A DNA stretch of 48,776 nucleotides. It comes from a virus. Taxonomy: Duplodnaviria > Caudoviricetes. Below are positions 45,515-48,776 of this stretch, piece by piece. The notes beneath the pieces are model-generated. The model saw nothing but the letters and a program-made list of their open reading frames with translations. It was not told the DNA's origin and ran no database searches. Position 1 is the stretch's first letter. Each line of letters starts with the position of its first letter. The position numbers and the translations under genes are program-made. The stretch is from IMG/VR virus record IMGVR_UViG_3300011114_000473, positions 1 to 48,776 of that record; one strand, 5' to 3'.

Positions 45515-46309
45515 TTAGGACTCCTTGATCGAAAGGGCGGTGGCCTTGCTTCTCTTGATGACGATCCCGTGACCTGATGCGTGGTTCACGTCCGCCTCGA
45601 CCAGTTCCTTCAGGGATTTCTCGGCGGTCTTGAATGTCGCGGCCCCGGCCTTGTTGGCGAGCCAATCGGCAGCCGAGGAAGCCCAGAGGTTGTTCCCGGT
45701 CATATCGACTTGGCGGAACTCGCTCGGCAGGGCTGGGGGCGCGATGGGCTCGGAGCCTTCGGGCGGCGTGTCGGATTCCACGGCAGCCCAAAAGGCGCGC
45801 TCCCGGTCGATCAGTTGCGCCAGATAGAAGTCATCCAGTGCCACCTCGACCACCTCATGGGTAAAGGTGCCGATGAAGACCGAGAGATAGGCGCGCTCGA
45901 CGCCGCAGACGGCCATCTCGTGATGGATCTGCGGCATGTATTTCTGCGTCACCTCGTCGATCTTGCTGAACTGGTTCACATGCTTTGCCTGTACGATGGC
46001 CGTGCCGTTGTCGGTCAAGCCGTCGAGCGTGCAGCGCATCCAAGGGTAGGCTGCGTGGTGGCGGCTTTCACCCTCATGCGTCACGGTCTTGCCGGTAGAC
46101 TTGGCGAACCAGTGCAGGTTGAGTGGCTCGGTAACGGTGCCGATCTGGACCGGCAGCACATCGGAAAGGTCTTCCGGTTCGGCGCGGCCCGTCTTTTCCA
46201 GCCAGAGCGGGAAGACTTCCCCGGCCATGATGCGGGCCGCGTCGGACCCGCCAATGCCGGTGCGGCGCTCTGCGTGCCATTCTGCGGGCTTTACGAGTGC
46301 GAGGCTCAT
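45515..46309 (-). CDS. YqaJ-like viral recombinase / lambda-type exonuclease
   Basis: WHAERRTGIGGSDA, LWLEKTG, CTLDG and YMPQIHHEMAV motifs. Confidence 0.9.
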   Translation of the reverse strand: MSLALVKPAEWHAERRTGIGGSDAARIMAGEVFPLWLEKTGRAEPEDLSDVLPVQIGTVTEPLNLHWFAKSTGKTVTHEGESRHHAAYPWMRCTLDGLTDNGTAIVQAKHVNQFSKIDEVTQKYMPQIHHEMAVCGVERAYLSVFIGTFTHEVVEVALDDFYLAQLIDRERAFWAAVESDTPPEGSEPIAPPALPSEFRQVDMTGNNLWASSAADWLANKAGAATFKTAEKSLKELVEADVNHASGHGIVIKRSKATALSIKES

Positions 46310-46431
46310 GGCGCCCACCCCGTCTGCGAGAGCACTCCGACCGTCAGCGCGAACACGAAGAGGAAGAGCGCAACCATGGGAAGATCGGCCTTGAACTCCC
46401 GCCAGAAGCGACGGCGTTGATGCGGGCTCAT
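46306..46431 (-). CDS. Small membrane peptide
   Basis: 41 aa MSPHQRRRFWREFKADLPMVALFLFVFALTVGVLSQTGWAP; ATGA-coupled on both sides. Confidence 0.5.
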   Translation of the reverse strand: MSPHQRRRFWREFKADLPMVALFLFVFALTVGVLSQTGWAP

Positions 46432-46664
46432 GCTGCGTTCTCCGGACCAGCTGCGATTTTGTCGATAGCCGCGAACACCGCCGCCTTAAGCGTCCGTTCG
46501 GAGAGCGTCTGGACCTTGCCCAAGTTGTGAGCCGGATTGGCGAGATGCCGCAGCATATCCACGCTGTCTCGGTAATGGTCCAACGACAGCCCGTTGCGAC
46601 GTGCGAGTTGAATGACGCGGGAGTTGCACCAATAGGAATGGGCAACGACTTCGATGTCGGTCAT
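46428..46664 (-). CDS. Hypothetical protein
   Basis: 78 aa coupled ORF in the leftward operon. Confidence 0.55.
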   Translation of the reverse strand: MTDIEVVAHSYWCNSRVIQLARRNGLSLDHYRDSVDMLRHLANPAHNLGKVQTLSERTLKAAVFAAIDKIAAGPENAA

Positions 46665-47032
46665 AGCTCGATCCTTTCCCGCCGCATCTCGGCGCGCTGC
46701 TCTGCGGCCATGTCGGCAAGGTCCGCGAGGTCGGCAGCCGCTTCGTTGACGGCCATGTCGGAGTTCTTCTCAAGCCAGGATTCCGCCCACTCCGTCCATT
46801 CCCCGGCAGTGTCTGCGCGCCAGACGGACTTGCGGCCGTCCCAGTCCTCGACCTCGACGTGATCCAACTCGATCTCGGCGTCACATCCCGAATCAATCGG
46901 CTGGTATTCGCCGCGCGGGATGTAGGCGGGTTGAGGAGCGCGGAAGGTGTACCAAATCCGCAGTTCGACGGAGGCAATCACGGCGTCGTTGTCGCCGATC
47001 TGCTCGTAGGTCGTGTCGATGTAGTGGCGCAT
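46661..47032 (-). CDS. Hypothetical protein
   Basis: 123 aa acidic ORF with a GAGGAG RBS. Confidence 0.65.
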   Translation of the reverse strand: MRHYIDTTYEQIGDNDAVIASVELRIWYTFRAPQPAYIPRGEYQPIDSGCDAEIELDHVEVEDWDGRKSVWRADTAGEWTEWAESWLEKNSDMAVNEAAADLADLADMAAEQRAEMRRERIEL

Positions 47033-47673
47033 TATGCTGCACTCCTCAGAACGAGGGGGCCGCCGAAATCAGCGGCGAAGGCATCGGGCGAGGGCAGTGC
47101 GGCGATGAAGGCCATGGCCTCCGTATAGTTCGCGAAGTGGTGGATGGCGTGCAGGATGCCCATCGGGGAGATCATCCATATGGGCATGCCGTGGCCGTTG
47201 ATGACAAGGCTGGCGTCCGCCCGACCAAGCCCCTTCGCCTTCATGGCGTCTTCCATGCTCTTCAGCGTCGATTGGATTGCGGTCGTGTCCATGGGTTCCT
47301 CCTGCTCTGCGGTTTGTGCGGTCGTAATGATCTCAGCCAACTCGCGCTCGAACGCCCGCAGGACTTGAAGCGAGCCCACCCAGTGCCTGCGATGGAGGTC
47401 GGCATTCCCCCTCGCCATCTTGAGGTCGTCGAGGGATAGGGTTCCGGCCTTGTAGGCAGTTCGGGCGCGGTTGAGATCGGCGAGCGCGGCGGTGAAAATG
47501 TTGCGGTTGCGGGCGGTGGTGTCCGTCTGCGTGGCGATCAATTCGGCGAGGTGGTCCGCCTGGGAGAGGTCGCCAACACGGCGGCGCTCGTCTTCATCTG
47601 AGCGGATGGCGGCGGCGCGCTGGTGAGCGGCCGGGCCGTTGTGGCGGAGTTCTAGGTCGGTGAGGGCGGTCAT
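47032..47673 (-). CDS. Hypothetical protein (possibly two fused genes; internal start at 47292)
   Basis: 213 aa ORF; AGGAGG precedes the internal ATG of MDTTAIQ. Confidence 0.6.
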   Translation of the reverse strand: MTALTDLELRHNGPAAHQRAAAIRSDEDERRRVGDLSQADHLAELIATQTDTTARNRNIFTAALADLNRARTAYKAGTLSLDDLKMARGNADLHRRHWVGSLQVLRAFERELAEIITTAQTAEQEEPMDTTAIQSTLKSMEDAMKAKGLGRADASLVINGHGMPIWMISPMGILHAIHHFANYTEAMAFIAALPSPDAFAADFGGPLVLRSAA

Positions 47674-47978
47674 GCCGCCACCTCGAACACGAAGTGATTG
47701 GGGCCGTAGCCCATGCGGCTCAACTGTGCGGCGCTATCACGCTCCTTCAGTTTAGCCAGCGTGTGGACGTATGCGGCGTCGGGCTTGCCTTGGCTGAACC
47801 TCTTCCGGTTGGACCGGATCATGGCGCGGAAACAATCAGCGCCGATGGTGCCGAGCCCAGAAACCTTGATCCCGTGGCGGAGCGAGCGGCCGCAGTGGTC
47901 GCAGTCGCATTCGGCCTCGTATCCGAGAATGGAGATGGTTGCTGCGGTTACCTTCGTCGTCTCTGTCGCGCTGTCCAT
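47670..47978 (-). CDS. Hypothetical Zn-binding protein, first gene of the leftward operon
   Basis: CDHCGRSL...IGADC motif; GGAG RBS. Confidence 0.65.
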   Translation of the reverse strand: MDSATETTKVTAATISILGYEAECDCDHCGRSLRHGIKVSGLGTIGADCFRAMIRSNRKRFSQGKPDAAYVHTLAKLKERDSAAQLSRMGYGPNHFVFEVAA

Positions 47979-48007
47979 GCCATCTGCTCCCCGTGTTGAT
48001 GAAGACG

Positions 48008-48114
48008 ATACTAGCGGGACAAATCGACCCTGGCAATGACAAACCGTCCCCGTCCCTAATTTTTTTTATCCCCCTTCTTTTTAGCTTGCGTCTCGGGACA
48101 AAGCGACCCAATGT
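48008..48114. promoter_or_regulatory. Divergent promoters with three GGGAC-N5-G(T/A)CCC operator-like sites
   Basis: Leftward TTGCCA-N17-TAGTAT (48036-48008); rightward TTGCGT-N17-CAATGT (48086-48114); sites at 48016-48030, 48036-48050 and 48095-48109. Confidence 0.7.
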
Positions 48115-48120
48115 GTAGCG

Positions 48121-48321
48121 ATGATAGACAAACTGCCCGATTGGGATTTCATCAACTCGCTTGCCAAAGCGCAAGGGGTCTCCGCCGAAGCTCGCAAGAA
48201 GTGGAGGCAGCGCGGGTCCGTCCCTCACCGCTGGAGGCTCCCGCTTCTGATCGCCGCGAATCGAATGGGGCGCACGATCCCTATTGATGCGTTCCAGATC
48301 GCCACCAAGGCCGCCGCCTAG
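48121..48321 (+). CDS. Cro-like regulator
   Basis: LAKAQGVSAEARKKWRQRGSVPHRW HTH; first rightward gene; apparently leaderless. Confidence 0.7.
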   Translation: MIDKLPDWDFINSLAKAQGVSAEARKKWRQRGSVPHRWRLPLLIAANRMGRTIPIDAFQIATKAAA

Positions 48322-48524
48322 CCCATGATGACCCCGCCCTGATCGTCGCCGCATGGGCTTTCATCGCTGCCGCCTTCGTCGCCGCTGTCTGGATTTTGTC
48401 GCGCTAACCAAAACTTGGGGGAATCGATGGACGCTTGTTCAGCCATCATCAGCGCCGCCGAGATCGCCGCCGTGATCGCCGCCGTGATCGCGGTCTTTGT
48501 CGTCACCGAATGGGTGACGCGGCC

Positions 48525-48776
48525 GTGATCGACGAATACCGAGGCACCGTCCCGCTCTCCCGCGACCAGATGCAGGCCTATATCTCCCAGGAGAAGGCGG
48601 ACGGGGAAATCGCAGCCCTCGTCGGCCGCTCGGAATATGCGGTGCGAAATCTGCGGCTGTACTACGGCATCGACGGTGTAATGGAAGTGCGGCGGAAGCG
48701 GCTGGCGTTGATCGACCCGCCTTTCAGGATCGCGTTTCCTCCCTCGCGCGGCCAAATGATTTGGTGGCTCAAGGCG
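48525..48776 (+). CDS. Hypothetical HTH-like protein (3' partial)
   Basis: Open to the window end; DGEIAALVGRSEYAVRNLRLYYGI. Confidence 0.45.
   Translation, partial: MIDEYRGTVPLSRDQMQAYISQEKADGEIAALVGRSEYAVRNLRLYYGIDGVMEVRRKRLALIDPPFRIAFPPSRGQMIWWLKA

Noticed and set aside
1-48776. Terminal repeats or direct circular closure
   Set aside because: The ends do not overlap; both terminal ORFs are partial and belong to different genes, so some sequence is missing.

Overview
This window is a near-complete, circularly permuted genome of a GC-rich tailed dsDNA phage with podovirus-type (P22-like) morphogenesis genes; the host is probably alphaproteobacterial, which is an inference. Left to right it holds: (1) the end of a rightward early/replication operon (ParB-like, DUF1064, Dam-like methylase, YdaU-like initiator); (2) terS and an intein-containing terL, portal, GroES, scaffold, adaptor, gp10-like nozzle and ejection/internal proteins; (3) a displaced capsid operon (decoration protein, Mu gpT-like major capsid, free-standing homing endonuclease) and fibre proteins; (4) a lysis cassette; (5) an accessory patch with an odd tRNA and a broken IS1595; (6) a leftward early operon (radical SAM, Mom-like GNAT, pentapeptide protein, ERF, YqaJ); (7) a divergent promoter region with a cro-like gene but no cI, and no integrase anywhere in the window. 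The most unusual signals are: a recurring [YRKM]-x-x-G-G motif in six structural-region proteins that brackets variable cargo segments, including an ADP-ribosyltransferase domain (candidate GG-delimited polyprotein/cargo-loading system); a duplicated, covarying RBS-sequestering RNA leader with CCYCGGYG loops; a tRNA with a Leu-type body, a Pro (UGG) anticodon and a 30-nt variable arm; and a Pro1/F4-Cys intein lacking the rest of the class 3 WCT signature. All family assignments are motif recognition by eye and memory, not database searches.
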